Source: Rhizobium sp.
GTDB lineage: Bacteria; Pseudomonadota; Alphaproteobacteria; Rhizobiales; Rhizobiaceae
Reading direction: 5' to 3'
Assembly (NCBI GenBank): GCA_027533385.1
Contig: JAPZUE010000009.1
Coordinates: forward strand, 174,486 to 238,485
DNA: 64,000 nucleotides
Shown: positions 39,892-50,599 of the stretch, in pieces
How the letters are laid out: each line of letters opens with the position of its first letter
Position numbering within the stretch: position 1 is the first letter of the stretch
Notes under the pieces: generated by a model
Told to the model about the DNA's origin: nothing
The model's input: the letters and a program-made list of their open reading frames with translations, nothing else
The model's database searches: none
Program-made: the position numbers and the translations under genes

Positions 39892-42800
39892 TCAGTATTC
39901 CTTCTCGTAGAAGATGCCGCCACCGGCGCCTGAACCGCCCGCTTCGCCCTTCAGCTTCAGGCCCCTGCCGATGTCGAGGTTGATCGTCGCCTTGGCGCCG
40001 CCACTGCCGCTCTGCTCAAGCTCGATATAGGTCCGGTCGTTCAGATATTTGCCCGCGCTGATGCTCGTTCCACCTGTCTCGTCGGTCGACACGTCGAGAT
40101 CGTCTATGCCGAGCGTACTGCGCAGCGACTGGAACAGCGATGAACCGCGTCCGCCGGCAAGCTGGGCTGCCGCATCGGCAAGCTGGGCGATCTGCAGCGG
40201 CGAAAGGCGCGACAGGGACTGGCCGAAGATCAGCTGGGCAAGGATTTCGTCCTGCGGCAGAGACGGGGTCGAGGAGAAGGTCACCTCCGGATTGCTGGCG
40301 AGCCCCGTCAGGCGGATGACTATCGTGGCATCCCCGGATGTCGTGGTCGCCTCGAGATCCAACAGCGGCACGAGGTCACCGCCGAAGGTGATCGTCGCGC
40401 GGGTGATATTCAGCCGCTTCGTCAGGATCTGCATGCGACCGCGCTTAAGCTCGAAGGCGCCGGAGACAACGGGTGCCGCCGCGGTGCCCGTCAGGGTGAT
40501 CGTGCCGCCAAGCTCTGCATCGATGCCGCGGCCGCGAATGAAGGTCTGCGACGGCGAGGCGATGGTAAGGTCGAGCGCGATGGGCGCACTGGAAGCGCGC
40601 CCCTCTGCCGGTTTTTGATCGCGCTGCTGCCGCAGGATCGCGGGCGGCGCATGCTTGTGTTCGATATCGAGTGCCTGGAGGCTGGCGGGCCTGCTTTCGG
40701 ACAGGGTCACCGATGTCCGCGACAGGTTGATCGTGCCGCCCAGCGTCGGTCCGTTCAGCAATTGGCCGGTCAAAGTCAGCGTGCCGCTGGCCGTGCTGGT
40801 GACCGTGTTGCCGTCGACATAGACGGCTTCGTCGAGATTGATCGTCAGGTCAGCCGGCAGGCCGGGATTGGCGATGTCGATCGTACCGCGCGCGGAGACC
40901 TGGCCGCCGGTTGCCAGATTGCCGGTCAGGCTGCCGATTTCGGCGCGTGTTCCGGTCAGATTGATGGTGGTGGCGATCTGCTCGATGGCGAGATTTCTGC
41001 GGACATCGACGATGCGGGCGCCGGAGGTCGAGACGGTGCCGGTGATGCTCGGCGCACTGCCGGTGCCGGCGATCGCCAGGTTGACGCTGGCATTGCCCTC
41101 GGCCACGAAACCCTGGGCACCCAGCTGGCCATTGGCCGCCGAAAGCGGGACGTCACCCTGGACGCGGATGTCGAGGCCTGTCCCGTTCTCAAGGGAGACC
41201 CGACCGCCCGCCGTCAGGCCGATGCCGCCACCGCTGATGCGGCTGTCGAGCGTGAGGCTCTGGTTCTCGAAACGACCGTTTGCCGTGATGCCGAGAGGGG
41301 AGAGACCGGCGCTGCGCGTCGGCGCGATCGCTGCTCCCTGCCAGTCGAGAGTGTAGTCGGCGACCGGTGCAGCGGTCGTGCCGCTGATGCGCACCGTCCC
41401 GGAGATCGTTCCCTCGGGTGCAATGGTCGGAGCTAAGGCTGCCGCAAGCGATGCAGGCAATGCCCTGATGTCGGCGGAGATATCAAGCGTGTCGGCGACC
41501 GTACCGGACAATGCCACTCGACCCGAGCCCGCAGAGATGACGGTTTCGTCGATCGAGATTGCGCCGTCACGCATCCGGATCGCCGTCGGTGATACCAGAG
41601 TGAGTGCGATGCCGCGCGGGGCAGCGCTCAGTTCATCGATTGCGACGCTCAAGCCCTCTATGCCCTCACGCAGTATGCCGCGCAAAACCACCGGGGCATT
41701 GTCGTAACGGCCGGTCACATTGAAATTCGTGTCGGCGCCGGATCGGGTGAAGGCGAGCGCCACCGTCTCCAGCCGGTTTTCGCCAGAGGCTATGCTGGCC
41801 GCTTGCGCGGTGCCTTCGGCTGCCAGAGCTGCGGCGTCGGAAATCTGCAGATCGACGCTCGGTTCGGCGATCGTCAGCGCATCCCTGCTGATTGCGGAAC
41901 CTGCCGCCCGGACGTCCGCAGCGATCCGGCCATCGCGCGCATTCAGCTGGACCTCGCCTTTCAGATCGCCGCCGAGCGTCTGGCCGGCAAGTGCCGCAAG
42001 CAGGCTCAGGTCCGGAAAATCGAAGGTGATATCGCCACTCGGCAGGAGGTCCTGGCCGAGATCGAGTGTGCCCGTCAGTCGGTTCGGACCGATTGCGAGA
42101 TCCAGGGCATCAACCCTTGTCCGACCCCCGGCGCTCACCACTTCGGCCTTGGCATCGAGCGGCTTTCCGTCGATCTGGCCACTGACCGTGAGATTGGCGC
42201 TGGGTGCCTCGCGGCTTGCAACGCCCTCAAGCTGTAGTTGGAAACCCTCAATCCGGTAACCGGCTGCCTGTCCCTCCTCGACGGCCAGAATGACGGTCGC
42301 GTCGATGGCATCGAGAGGGCCGGAGGCAGAGATGTTGAAGGAGGCAGGGGCCTCGATGCGATCAACGAAAAGGCCGATATCGCGCAGTCGCCCGGTCAGA
42401 TCGCTTGCGATCATTCCCTCCTGATCCAACGCGAGGGAGCCTTCGGCCTGAGCGATGTCACTGGTCAGGACGATTTCCCGCAGCGCGACGGCGCGGGGCG
42501 CCACGAAATCCACACGGGCTGAGAGGTTGACCGGGGCCTGGAGCCGGCTTGAAAGTCCAGGCGGCAGGATCTCGGGCTCGGCCCGCACCGCCAGTTGGCC
42601 CGTGAACCCGTTGTCGGCGAGGGAATATTGGCCAGAGCCCTGCAGGTCCAGGCCGTTGCTGTCGAAGACCAATTGTTCGAAGGTGATCGCCTGTGCCGTC
42701 AAGGTCAGGGGGGCGGTCAGCGCCAGCGGAGCTTTCAGATAGGGACGGATGGCTTCATCACGGATATCCGTGCCTTGCACCGAGATCGCGACGTTGACCG

Positions 42801-44061
42801 GGCCGGCCCGGTTTGCCAGGTCGAAGCCCTCACTGTCGGCGGAGAGCGACACATCGGTAAAGCTGCCCTGTGACACGCTGAGTTCAGCCAGATCGGCACG
42901 GGCCGACAGCCTTGCTGCGGCCGCCTGGCCATTGATGGCAAGCTCAAGGCTCCTAAACTTCATTCCGCCCGTGAAGTCCGGCGATTGCGAGGTCAGGCCG
43001 ATCGGCGCGCCGGTCGCGCGGGCCGTCAGCCGGATATCGTTCTCACCATTCGGATTGTAGCGGCCGGCTGCGCTGACATCGGCAGAGGCAGTCGTGAACC
43101 GGCCTCTCTCGATTGCGACCGATCCGTCCGCGCCGATCTGCGCGGCGAGGTCGATGGCAGTTTCGCCGACAAAGACGTCCCTCAGTTCCGGCGGAACAAG
43201 GCCTGCAAAGGCACCGCCGCCCTTGGCCGTCAGAGCGCGAACGCCATCCGTGCCGAGCTTGTGGGTGACGTCGACGGTGATCGTCCGCTCGCCGTTCAGG
43301 GATGCCATGACCTCGCCTGCCCAATCATCGAGGGGGCCGTCACCATCCACCTTGATTGCAATCGCCGGCTGGCCGGGAATTTGCAGCTGTTGCCCGAGAA
43401 GGCCGGCTGGGGGCTCCTGATAATCCAGATTGATACGCAGCTGGTTGTCGTTCGGGGCGTAGAGCAGGTCGACGACCGCGTTGTTGCCGGGGTCGTCCTG
43501 TCGGCTTGCCGTCAGCCGGCTCGCGATGGTTTCGCCGACGATGGTGAGCGAGCCCTGGGCGGAGAGCGCAAGGTCGCGCTCGACAAGGGCTGCACCGATC
43601 TCGATTTGAGGCAGGTCGATGGTTGCCACGTCGATTTCGACGGGCAGCGAGAAGGGTTCGTCCGTTTCAGGCTCAGGCCCGGCGGAGGGAAGAGGGGCGC
43701 GTTCAAGGGTCACGCGTTCAGCCGAGATGCGTTCGGCGGTGAAGCGCTTGCGGATCAAGTCGCGTGGCGTCCAGTCAAGGGCGAGCTTGTCGATCGTCGC
43801 ATAGATGCCCTGGCTGTCGGCGACGGTAATGCGCTCGATGGAGAACGCGTTGCTCAGCAGCGGGCCGGTGCCGCTCAGGGTGATCTGACGGTTGTCTGTC
43901 GAGACAAGTGCTGCGATCCGGTCGGCGAGAAACTGGCTGCCGGTGCGCGAGAAGCCGCCGAGCAGAATGACCACGACGAAGAGGGCGATCATCGCCGCTA
44001 CGAGGCCGCCCAGCAGGCGGGCCGTCCAGGTCAGGATGCGCTTCAACCAGATCATTCTCAC
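39892..44061 (-). CDS. tamB: Translocation and assembly module TamB
   Basis: 1389 aa with an N-terminal anchor and a DUF490-like C-terminus (GKYLNDRTYIEL...FYEKEY), downstream of a TamA-like gene. Confidence 0.88.
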   Translation of the reverse strand: MRMIWLKRILTWTARLLGGLVAAMIALFVVVILLGGFSRTGSQFLADRIAALVSTDNRQITLSGTGPLLSNAFSIERITVADSQGIYATIDKLALDWTPRDLIRKRFTAERISAERVTLERAPLPSAGPEPETDEPFSLPVEIDVATIDLPQIEIGAALVERDLALSAQGSLTIVGETIASRLTASRQDDPGNNAVVDLLYAPNDNQLRINLDYQEPPAGLLGQQLQIPGQPAIAIKVDGDGPLDDWAGEVMASLNGERTITVDVTHKLGTDGVRALTAKGGGAFAGLVPPELRDVFVGETAIDLAAQIGADGSVAIERGRFTTASADVSAAGRYNPNGENDIRLTARATGAPIGLTSQSPDFTGGMKFRSLELAINGQAAAARLSARADLAELSVSQGSFTDVSLSADSEGFDLANRAGPVNVAISVQGTDIRDEAIRPYLKAPLALTAPLTLTAQAITFEQLVFDSNGLDLQGSGQYSLADNGFTGQLAVRAEPEILPPGLSSRLQAPVNLSARVDFVAPRAVALREIVLTSDIAQAEGSLALDQEGMIASDLTGRLRDIGLFVDRIEAPASFNISASGPLDAIDATVILAVEEGQAAGYRIEGFQLQLEGVASREAPSANLTVSGQIDGKPLDAKAEVVSAGGRTRVDALDLAIGPNRLTGTLDLGQDLLPSGDITFDFPDLSLLAALAGQTLGGDLKGEVQLNARDGRIAADVRAAGSAISRDALTIAEPSVDLQISDAAALAAEGTAQAASIASGENRLETVALAFTRSGADTNFNVTGRYDNAPVVLRGILREGIEGLSVAIDELSAAPRGIALTLVSPTAIRMRDGAISIDETVISAGSGRVALSGTVADTLDISADIRALPASLAAALAPTIAPEGTISGTVRISGTTAAPVADYTLDWQGAAIAPTRSAGLSPLGITANGRFENQSLTLDSRISGGGIGLTAGGRVSLENGTGLDIRVQGDVPLSAANGQLGAQGFVAEGNASVNLAIAGTGSAPSITGTVSTSGARIVDVRRNLAIEQIATTINLTGTRAEIGSLTGNLATGGQVSARGTIDIANPGLPADLTINLDEAVYVDGNTVTSTASGTLTLTGQLLNGPTLGGTINLSRTSVTLSESRPASLQALDIEHKHAPPAILRQQRDQKPAEGRASSAPIALDLTIASPSQTFIRGRGIDAELGGTITLTGTAAAPVVSGAFELKRGRMQILTKRLNITRATITFGGDLVPLLDLEATTTSGDATIVIRLTGLASNPEVTFSSTPSLPQDEILAQLIFGQSLSRLSPLQIAQLADAAAQLAGGRGSSLFQSLRSTLGIDDLDVSTDETGGTSISAGKYLNDRTYIELEQSGSGGAKATINLDIGRGLKLKGEAGGSGAGGGIFYEKEY

Positions 44062-44081
44062 TGTCGTCCTGTCTTGCCCGG

Positions 44082-46016
44082 TCAGAAGCTCTGGCCGATG
44101 CCGGCATAGATGGCATAACGGCTGCCGCCATCATAAGGATCCAGGGGAACCGCTACATCCAGCCTGAGTGGCCCAAAGGGCGTCATGTAGCGCAGGCCCA
44201 CCCCTGCACCCATCTTGATGTCATTGAAATCGGGCACAGTGGTGTCCGTGACGGTGCCGATGTCGAGAAAGGGCACGATGCCGATCGTATCCGTCACATT
44301 GATACGCGCCTCGAGATTGGCGGTTACGTAGGAGCGGCCGCCGGTGCCGGCTCCCCCTGCAGTTCTCGGGGTGATCTCCTGGAACGAATAGCCACGCACC
44401 GAACCGCCGCCGCCGGCAAAGAAGCGCCGTGTCGCCGGGATCGCCGAAAGATCACCGCCTCCGACAAGCGTGCCGGCATTCAACCGGCCGGCCAGCACGA
44501 AGCGGTCCTCCTGGCCAAGGCCGAGATAGGCGGAGATCGATCCTTCGAGCGAGGTGAAGAAGGTCTGGCCGAAGAAGTCGTAACTCGGTGTCAGCGCTAT
44601 GGTGCCGTAATGGCCTTCGGTGGCGTTCAGGCGGTTGTCGCGGGTGTCCCTGACATAGCCGAGCGGTATGCCAAACGTCAGGTACTCGTTGCCGTTTCCG
44701 AAGGCGTCGTCGATGTTGTCGTAAGCGAGCGATACGCCGGCATTGACCGTGTCGGTGTCGGTCAGTTCGTAGGAATAGGCGACTTTTCCCGTCACGGTCG
44801 CCGCATCGTAATAGTCGGTCTCGAGCGTGCTGCCCTTGACGCTGGCTTCCAGCGTTCCCGAGGGCACGAAGGCGCCCGGCTTGATGAAGGTCATCCCGGC
44901 CGTATAGTCGAGCGAGGAAACGTCGGAGACGTCCTTCAGTTCTCCGAGGCCGCGCACCGAGCCTTCGATCCTCAGCGATTCCGCCTCGCCGAACAGGTTG
45001 CGGTGGCCCCAGTAGCCCTCGATGCCGCCGCCGTCGAGCGAGGAATAGCTTGCACCGATGCCGAAGTAGCGATGCTTGCCTTCCGACACGACAATGCCGA
45101 TCGGCAGGGATCCCGCCGGATCGAGCTCGTCCGCCTCGTTGATGGTGACTGAAGAGAAGACGCCAAGCGTGCGCAGGCGCTCGCCGGCCTTGCGCAACTG
45201 CTCCGGCGAATAGGTCTGGCCGGGTCTGAGCCGGGAGTAATACTGGACGAAGGCCGGATCGACCGCGCGGGCGCCCTTAACGGTGACCGCACCGAGCGGC
45301 GCGACAGGGCCTGCCTCGACCGCGACGGTGAGATCGACCGTGTTGGTCTCGTGGTCGGCGACGACCTCGCGGCGGGTCACTTCGGTCAGCGGCCGGCCTT
45401 CCTGCTTCAGCCGCTCGGCGATCTGTTCGGCTGCGCGCAGGATCACCAGCGATCCGGCATTTTCACCCGGTGCCAGATCGAATTCTGCGGGGTCGAGCCG
45501 TGCCGCATCGCCCTCGAGCGTCACGTCGCCGAGCGTGAAGGTCGGCCCGGGCTTGACGCTGATTGCCACAGGCACAGGTCGCGACCGGTCGAAGACCGGG
45601 TTCGGCGGCAGGCTGTCGATGTCCTTTCCGTCGATGGTCACCGTGACAATGCCGCCATAGAGGGCGTTTTCGTAGAGCGTCGCAATCAGGCGATCGCGAT
45701 CGTCGCGGGCCTTGATGACGAGACCGAGATCGCCGGAGACCGGCTTTTCCTCATCGGCCACCAAAAGCGATGTGCGCTGCAGGGATTTCTTCAGGGCGCG
45801 GTTGGCGTCCCCGGTGTCGAGGGTGATGGTGTAGTCGACAGGGTCAATGACATCGCGATCGACTTCGTCACTGCCAAACAGGCGAATACCGAACAGCTCG
45901 AAGGCATAGGCCGGCGCGCTGATGCCGACGGACAGAGGGCTCGCGACCGTAAGGATCAGGCCGAGCCGGAACGCATGACTAAACTTCGGCAATGTCCATC
46001 CACTTGGTCTCGGCAT
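44082..46016 (-). CDS. tamA: Omp85-family TamA
   Basis: POTRA-like region, RFFAGGGGSVRGY, TPFGPLRLDVA, C-terminal IGQSF. Confidence 0.9.
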   Translation of the reverse strand: MPRPSGWTLPKFSHAFRLGLILTVASPLSVGISAPAYAFELFGIRLFGSDEVDRDVIDPVDYTITLDTGDANRALKKSLQRTSLLVADEEKPVSGDLGLVIKARDDRDRLIATLYENALYGGIVTVTIDGKDIDSLPPNPVFDRSRPVPVAISVKPGPTFTLGDVTLEGDAARLDPAEFDLAPGENAGSLVILRAAEQIAERLKQEGRPLTEVTRREVVADHETNTVDLTVAVEAGPVAPLGAVTVKGARAVDPAFVQYYSRLRPGQTYSPEQLRKAGERLRTLGVFSSVTINEADELDPAGSLPIGIVVSEGKHRYFGIGASYSSLDGGGIEGYWGHRNLFGEAESLRIEGSVRGLGELKDVSDVSSLDYTAGMTFIKPGAFVPSGTLEASVKGSTLETDYYDAATVTGKVAYSYELTDTDTVNAGVSLAYDNIDDAFGNGNEYLTFGIPLGYVRDTRDNRLNATEGHYGTIALTPSYDFFGQTFFTSLEGSISAYLGLGQEDRFVLAGRLNAGTLVGGGDLSAIPATRRFFAGGGGSVRGYSFQEITPRTAGGAGTGGRSYVTANLEARINVTDTIGIVPFLDIGTVTDTTVPDFNDIKMGAGVGLRYMTPFGPLRLDVAVPLDPYDGGSRYAIYAGIGQSF

Positions 46017-46112
46017 TTCGCTATCATCGCGATCCGTCGGGCGCTCCCCCGCCTGGGGGACAACTTAGGCGGAAATGGCCCCCATCGCCTACCCCCTTTT
46101 TTAGCAGGCGTG

Positions 46113-46144
46113 AAAAAGGGCAGGAAGTTTGATCTCCCCGCCCT
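46113..46144 (-). terminator. Putative intrinsic terminator of the lipoprotein gene
   Basis: AGGGCAGG...CCCGCCCT stem preceded by an A-run on the + strand (a U-tract on the - strand). Confidence 0.45.
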
Positions 46145-46166
46145 GTCTCGTTTGCGGCAAATGCCC

Positions 46167-46430
46167 TTAGTAGCCGCGCGGGCAGGCGTCGATGTAACGG
46201 TTGCCGTAGCGGTCGCGGTAGTAGCACTGGCCCGGCTGTTCCGAGACATTGCCGATGACGGCGCCTGCAACGCCACCGATTGCCGCGCCGACGGCTGCAC
46301 CGCGGACGTTGCCTGTGGCAATGCCGCCGATGATCGCGCCGGAGGCAGCGCCGATACCTGCGCCGCGTTCCGTCTGGGTGCAGCCTGCGACCGTAAGGCC
46401 GACCAGCATCAGCACAAGAGCTTTCTTCAT
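46167..46430 (-). CDS. Small glycine-zipper lipoprotein
   Basis: Lipobox LTVAGC, repeated GAAIGG/GAIIGG, C-terminal CYYRDRYG...C. Confidence 0.85.
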   Translation of the reverse strand: MKKALVLMLVGLTVAGCTQTERGAGIGAASGAIIGGIATGNVRGAAVGAAIGGVAGAVIGNVSEQPGQCYYRDRYGNRYIDACPRGY

Positions 46431-46749
46431 CTTCATCTCTCCAAGTTCCACGCGCCCGGTCCAGCCGGTCTTGTTTTAACAGTTCGCCATGCCGCTCGAA
46501 CTCTCGCCATGCGGCTTCAGGCTGTCATCAGCATAGCCTTGACCGGCGGAAAGTCCATGGTCGCGGCTCACACCCTCACAGGTGGTTCCTTTGCATGAGG
46601 CATCGAAGATGAACCCAGGATTTACAGGCGGTTTGATGCTGCAATGCGGCACACAAAATTTTCGTTTGCGACCTTCTGGACGGTTGCACATGTCACATAA
46701 AACTCCCACCATGCCTCGCGTGTCCGGGAGAGACACGAGGAGGAACAAC

Positions 46750-47238
46750 ATGGCTAAAGTGACGCTGACGGTGAATGGCCGGACAGTGAGCGGGGAGTGC
46801 GAGGATCGCACCCTGCTCGTGCATTTCATTCGCGAGAAACTTGGTCTGACGGGAACGCATGTGGGTTGCGACACCACCCAGTGCGGCACCTGCGTCGTGC
46901 ATATGGACGGCAAGTCGATCAAGAGCTGTTCGATCCTGGCCGTCCAGGCCTCGGGATCGTCGATCACGACGATCGAGGGGCTCTCTTCCGGCGGCGAGCT
47001 GCACCCCGTGCAGGCCGCCTTCAAGGAGCATCACGGTCTGCAATGCGGCTTCTGCACGCCGGGCATGGTGATGACGGCGCTCGACATGATCTGTCGTCAC
47101 AACGGCGCGCTCGACGAAGCCACCGTCCGCCACGAGCTCGAAGGCAATATCTGTCGCTGCACGGGCTACCACAACATCGTCAAGGCCGTGCTTTCGGCCA
47201 ATGAAGCGATGACCGCCGGCCGTCAGGCCGCCGAGTGA
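46750..47238 (+). CDS. coxS: Mo-hydroxylase small subunit (2x 2Fe-2S), CoxS-like
   Basis: [27 protein letters not shown]. Confidence 0.92.
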   Translation: MAKVTLTVNGRTVSGECEDRTLLVHFIREKLGLTGTHVGCDTTQCGTCVVHMDGKSIKSCSILAVQASGSSITTIEGLSSGGELHPVQAAFKEHHGLQCGFCTPGMVMTALDMICRHNGALDEATVRHELEGNICRCTGYHNIVKAVLSANEAMTAGRQAAE

Positions 47239-47244
47239 CGTCCA

Positions 47245-47335
47245 AGCGAATAGGGATTAGCGAGTAGCGAAAGCTCGTCGCGCAGCGACGTCATGTGAGC
47301 GCACTCAGCCCTCTATTCGCCATTCGCTATTCGCT
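47245..47335. repeat. Intergenic mosaic palindrome built from GCGAATA heptamers
   Basis: Left arm AGCGAATAGGGATTAGCGAGTAG, right arm CTATTCGCCATTCGCTATTCGCT, enclosing the hairpins CGTCGC-GCA-GCGACG and TGAG-CGCA-CTCA. Confidence 0.7.
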
Positions 47336-47355
47336 CACTTCTGGAGGAGAAGACA

Positions 47356-49722
47356 ATGGGTGTTGAAGGAATCGGAGCGCGCGTGGCGCGCAAGGAAGAC
47401 AAGCGTTTTCTGACCGGCAAGGGCCGGTATACCGACGACATGGTCGTTCCCGGAATGAAATATGCCTATTTCGTCCGTTCGCCCTACGCACATGCGAAGA
47501 TCAAGTCGATCGATGTCGCGGCGGCCAAGGCCATGCCTGGCGTCATCGACGTTCTCGATGGCAAGCAGCTGCTGGCCGACGGTATCGGCAATCTGATCTG
47601 CGGCTGGATGATCCATTCCAAGGACGGCACGCCGATGAAGATGGGCGCCTGGCGTCCCCTCGCGCATGAAACCGTGCGCTATGTCGGCGACGCAGTCGCC
47701 ATCGTCATCGCCGACAGCATCGGCGAGGCGCGCGATGCCTCGGAGGCCGTTGTGGTCGAGTATCAAGAGCTGCCGGTCGTCACCGGCGCGGTCGATGCGC
47801 TGAAATCGGGCGCGCCGCAGCTTCATCCGGAAGCGCCCGGCAACCTGATCTTCGACTGGGAGATCGGCGACAGCGCTGCAGCAGACGCTGCGATCGCCAG
47901 TGCCGCGCATGTCACCGAGATCGAGATCTTCAACAATCGCCTGTCGCCGAACCCGATGGAACCGCGTGCCACGCTCGGCATCTACGACACGGCGGAAGAT
48001 CATTTCACCTGCTACACGACTTCGCAGAACCCGCATGTCGCGCGTTTGGTGATGAGCGCCTTCTATAATGTCGCGCCCGAGCACAAGCTGCGCGTCATCG
48101 CACCCGATGTCGGCGGCGGCTTCGGCTCGAAGATCTACATCTACCCTGAAGAGGTCGTCTGTCTCTGGGCTTCGAAAAAGACCGGCGTGCCGGTCAAGTG
48201 GACTTCGGACCGTACCGAGGCCTTCCTGACCGATGCCCATGGCCGTGACCATGTGTCGAAGGTGAAGATGGCCTTCGACAAAGACCACAGGATCATCGGG
48301 CTCAAGGTCGACACGATCGCCAATCTCGGCGCCTATATGTCGCTCTTCTCGTCCTCGGTCCCGACCTATCTCTACGCGACGCTTCTGTCCGGCCAGTATG
48401 CGATCCCGGCGATCCACGCCAATGTGCGGACCGTTTACACCAACACCGTGCCGGTCGATGCCTATCGCGGCGCCGGTCGTCCAGAGGCGACGTATCTCCT
48501 GGAACGCACCGTCGAAACCGCCGCTCGTGAACTCGGCATCTCGCCGGCGGAACTGCGTCGCAAGAACTTCGTGCGGACCTTCCCGTACCAGACACCCGTG
48601 ATCATGTGCTACGACGCGGGCGACTACGACGCCTCGCTGGAAGCCGCCATGGGCGCCGCCGACTGGAACGGCTTTCCTGCTCGCAAGGCAGAAGCGGCGC
48701 GTCGCGGCAAGCTGCGCGGCATCGGCATGAGCTGCTATATCGAGGCCTGCGGCATCGCGCCGTCGGCGGCGGTCGGCTCGCTCGGCGCCGGTGTCGGTCT
48801 TTGGGAATCGGCGGAGGTCCGCGTCAATGCGGTTGGTACCGTCGAAGTGCTCACCGGCTCGCACAGCCACGGCCAGGGTCACGAAACGACGTTCGCCCAG
48901 CTCGTTGCGGAACGCTTCGGCCTGCCGATCGACAATGTTTCGATCGTCCATGGTGACACCGACAAAGTGCAGATGGGCATGGGCACCTATGGTTCCCGTT
49001 CCGGAGCTGTGGGCATGTCGGCGATCGTCAAGGCGCTCGACAAGGTCGAGGCGAAAGCCAAGAAGATCGCGGCCCATCTGATGGAAGCCGACGAAAGCGA
49101 CATCGTCATCGAGAATGGTGAGCTGAAGGTCGCAGGCACCGACAAGACACTGCCCTGGTTCCAGGTGGCGCTGGCCGCCTATACCGCCCACAACCTGCCG
49201 TCCGGCATGGAGCCGGGCCTGAAGGAAGGCGCCTTCTACGATCCCTCCAACTTCACCTTCCCGGCCGGCTGCTACATCGCGGAAGTCGAGGTCGATCCGG
49301 AAACCGGCAAGACCGAGATCATCCAGTTCGTCGCCGCCGACGACTTCGGCAACATCATCAACCCGATGATCGTCGAGGGCCAGGTGCATGGCGGCATCGC
49401 GCAGGGCATCGGCCAAGCACTGCTCGAAGGCGTGCATTACGATCCGCAGACGGGCCAGCTTCTGACCGCCAGCTACATGGATTATGCCATGCCGCGCGCC
49501 GACGACCTGCCGTCGTTCAATGTCTCGCACCAGAACACGCCTTGCCCGGGTAACCCGCTCGGCATCAAGGGCTGCGGCGAGGCCGGCGCCATCGGGTCTC
49601 CGCCGGCGCTGATCAATGCGATCACGGACGCGATCGGCAACAACAACCTCAACATGCCGGCGACGCCGCTTGCTGTCTGGAATGCAATCCAGGCGGTGGC
49701 GACCCGTCAGGCCGCCGAATAA
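47356..49722 (+). CDS. coxL: Xanthine-oxidase-family Mo subunit, form II CoxL-like
   Basis: VGGGFGSK, active-site loop AYRGAGR (form II), HSHGQGHET, GIKGCGEAG. Confidence 0.88.
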   Translation: MGVEGIGARVARKEDKRFLTGKGRYTDDMVVPGMKYAYFVRSPYAHAKIKSIDVAAAKAMPGVIDVLDGKQLLADGIGNLICGWMIHSKDGTPMKMGAWRPLAHETVRYVGDAVAIVIADSIGEARDASEAVVVEYQELPVVTGAVDALKSGAPQLHPEAPGNLIFDWEIGDSAAADAAIASAAHVTEIEIFNNRLSPNPMEPRATLGIYDTAEDHFTCYTTSQNPHVARLVMSAFYNVAPEHKLRVIAPDVGGGFGSKIYIYPEEVVCLWASKKTGVPVKWTSDRTEAFLTDAHGRDHVSKVKMAFDKDHRIIGLKVDTIANLGAYMSLFSSSVPTYLYATLLSGQYAIPAIHANVRTVYTNTVPVDAYRGAGRPEATYLLERTVETAARELGISPAELRRKNFVRTFPYQTPVIMCYDAGDYDASLEAAMGAADWNGFPARKAEAARRGKLRGIGMSCYIEACGIAPSAAVGSLGAGVGLWESAEVRVNAVGTVEVLTGSHSHGQGHETTFAQLVAERFGLPIDNVSIVHGDTDKVQMGMGTYGSRSGAVGMSAIVKALDKVEAKAKKIAAHLMEADESDIVIENGELKVAGTDKTLPWFQVALAAYTAHNLPSGMEPGLKEGAFYDPSNFTFPAGCYIAEVEVDPETGKTEIIQFVAADDFGNIINPMIVEGQVHGGIAQGIGQALLEGVHYDPQTGQLLTASYMDYAMPRADDLPSFNVSHQNTPCPGNPLGIKGCGEAGAIGSPPALINAITDAIGNNNLNMPATPLAVWNAIQAVATRQAAE

Positions 49723-49737
49723 GGGAGGGCAGGGACC

Positions 49738-50538
49738 ATGCAGCTCTATTCAACCAGCTACCATCGTGCCTCCTCTGTCGAGGAGGCCGGCAAACTGCTC
49801 GGCGGCACCGAGGACGGCAAGTTCATCGCCGGCGGGCAGACGCTGATTGCGGCGCTCAAACAGCGTCTCGCCCAGCCGTCTGATCTCATCGATCTCCGGC
49901 ATATCGATGCCCTCAAGGGCATCAAGGTGGAAGGGCGCCGCGTGACGATCGGTGCAGCCGTCACCCATGCGGAGGTCGCCTCTTCCTCGGCCATCCGCGC
50001 GGTCTGCCCGGCAATTTGCCATCTCGCCTCGATGATCGGCGATCCACATGTCCGCCACCTGGGCACGATCGGCGGATCGGTCGCCAATGACGATCCGGCT
50101 GCGGACTATCCGTCAGCCGTGCTCGGCCTTGGCGCAACCGTCGTCACCAATGCCCGCGAGATCGCAGCCCACGACTTCTTCGTCGGCCTCTTCGAAACGG
50201 CACTGGCCGATGACGAGATCATCACGGCAATTCGATTCGATGCGCCAGAGCGGGCGGGTTATGCCAAGTTCGCCAATCCGGCGTCGCGCTATGCCATGAC
50301 CGGTGTCTTCGTCTCCAAAGGGGCGGGTGGCGCTCGTGTCGCGGTCACCGGTGCCGGTTCGTCGGGCGTCTTCCGCCATGCCGGGCTTGAGGCCGCACTT
50401 TCGACGAACTGGTCGCCGGATGCCGTCAACGGGGTCGAGATTGATTCGTCGGAGCTGATGTCGGATCTGCATTGCACGGCGGAATACCGGGCCAATCTTA
50501 TCCGGGTGATGGCGAAGCGGGCCGTTCAGGCTTCGTGA
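49738..50538 (+). CDS. coxM: FAD-binding medium subunit, CoxM-like
   Basis: IAGGQTL, GTIGGSVANDDPAAD. Confidence 0.9.
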   Translation: MQLYSTSYHRASSVEEAGKLLGGTEDGKFIAGGQTLIAALKQRLAQPSDLIDLRHIDALKGIKVEGRRVTIGAAVTHAEVASSSAIRAVCPAICHLASMIGDPHVRHLGTIGGSVANDDPAADYPSAVLGLGATVVTNAREIAAHDFFVGLFETALADDEIITAIRFDAPERAGYAKFANPASRYAMTGVFVSKGAGGARVAVTGAGSSGVFRHAGLEAALSTNWSPDAVNGVEIDSSELMSDLHCTAEYRANLIRVMAKRAVQAS

Positions 50539-50564
50539 CGCCATCCAGGTCCCCAGGCTTCAGG

Positions 50565-50591
50565 AAAAGGACGGCTGTGGCCGTCCTTTTT
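50565..50591 (+). terminator. Intrinsic terminator after coxM
   Basis: AAAAGGACGGC-TGTG-GCCGTCCTTTTT. Confidence 0.85.
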
Positions 50592-50599
50592 CGCTGAGC

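Noticed and set aside
47356-49722. Bona fide aerobic CO dehydrogenase (form I)
   Set aside because: The active-site loop is AYRGAGR, not AYxCSFR; the order is SLM and accessory genes are absent.
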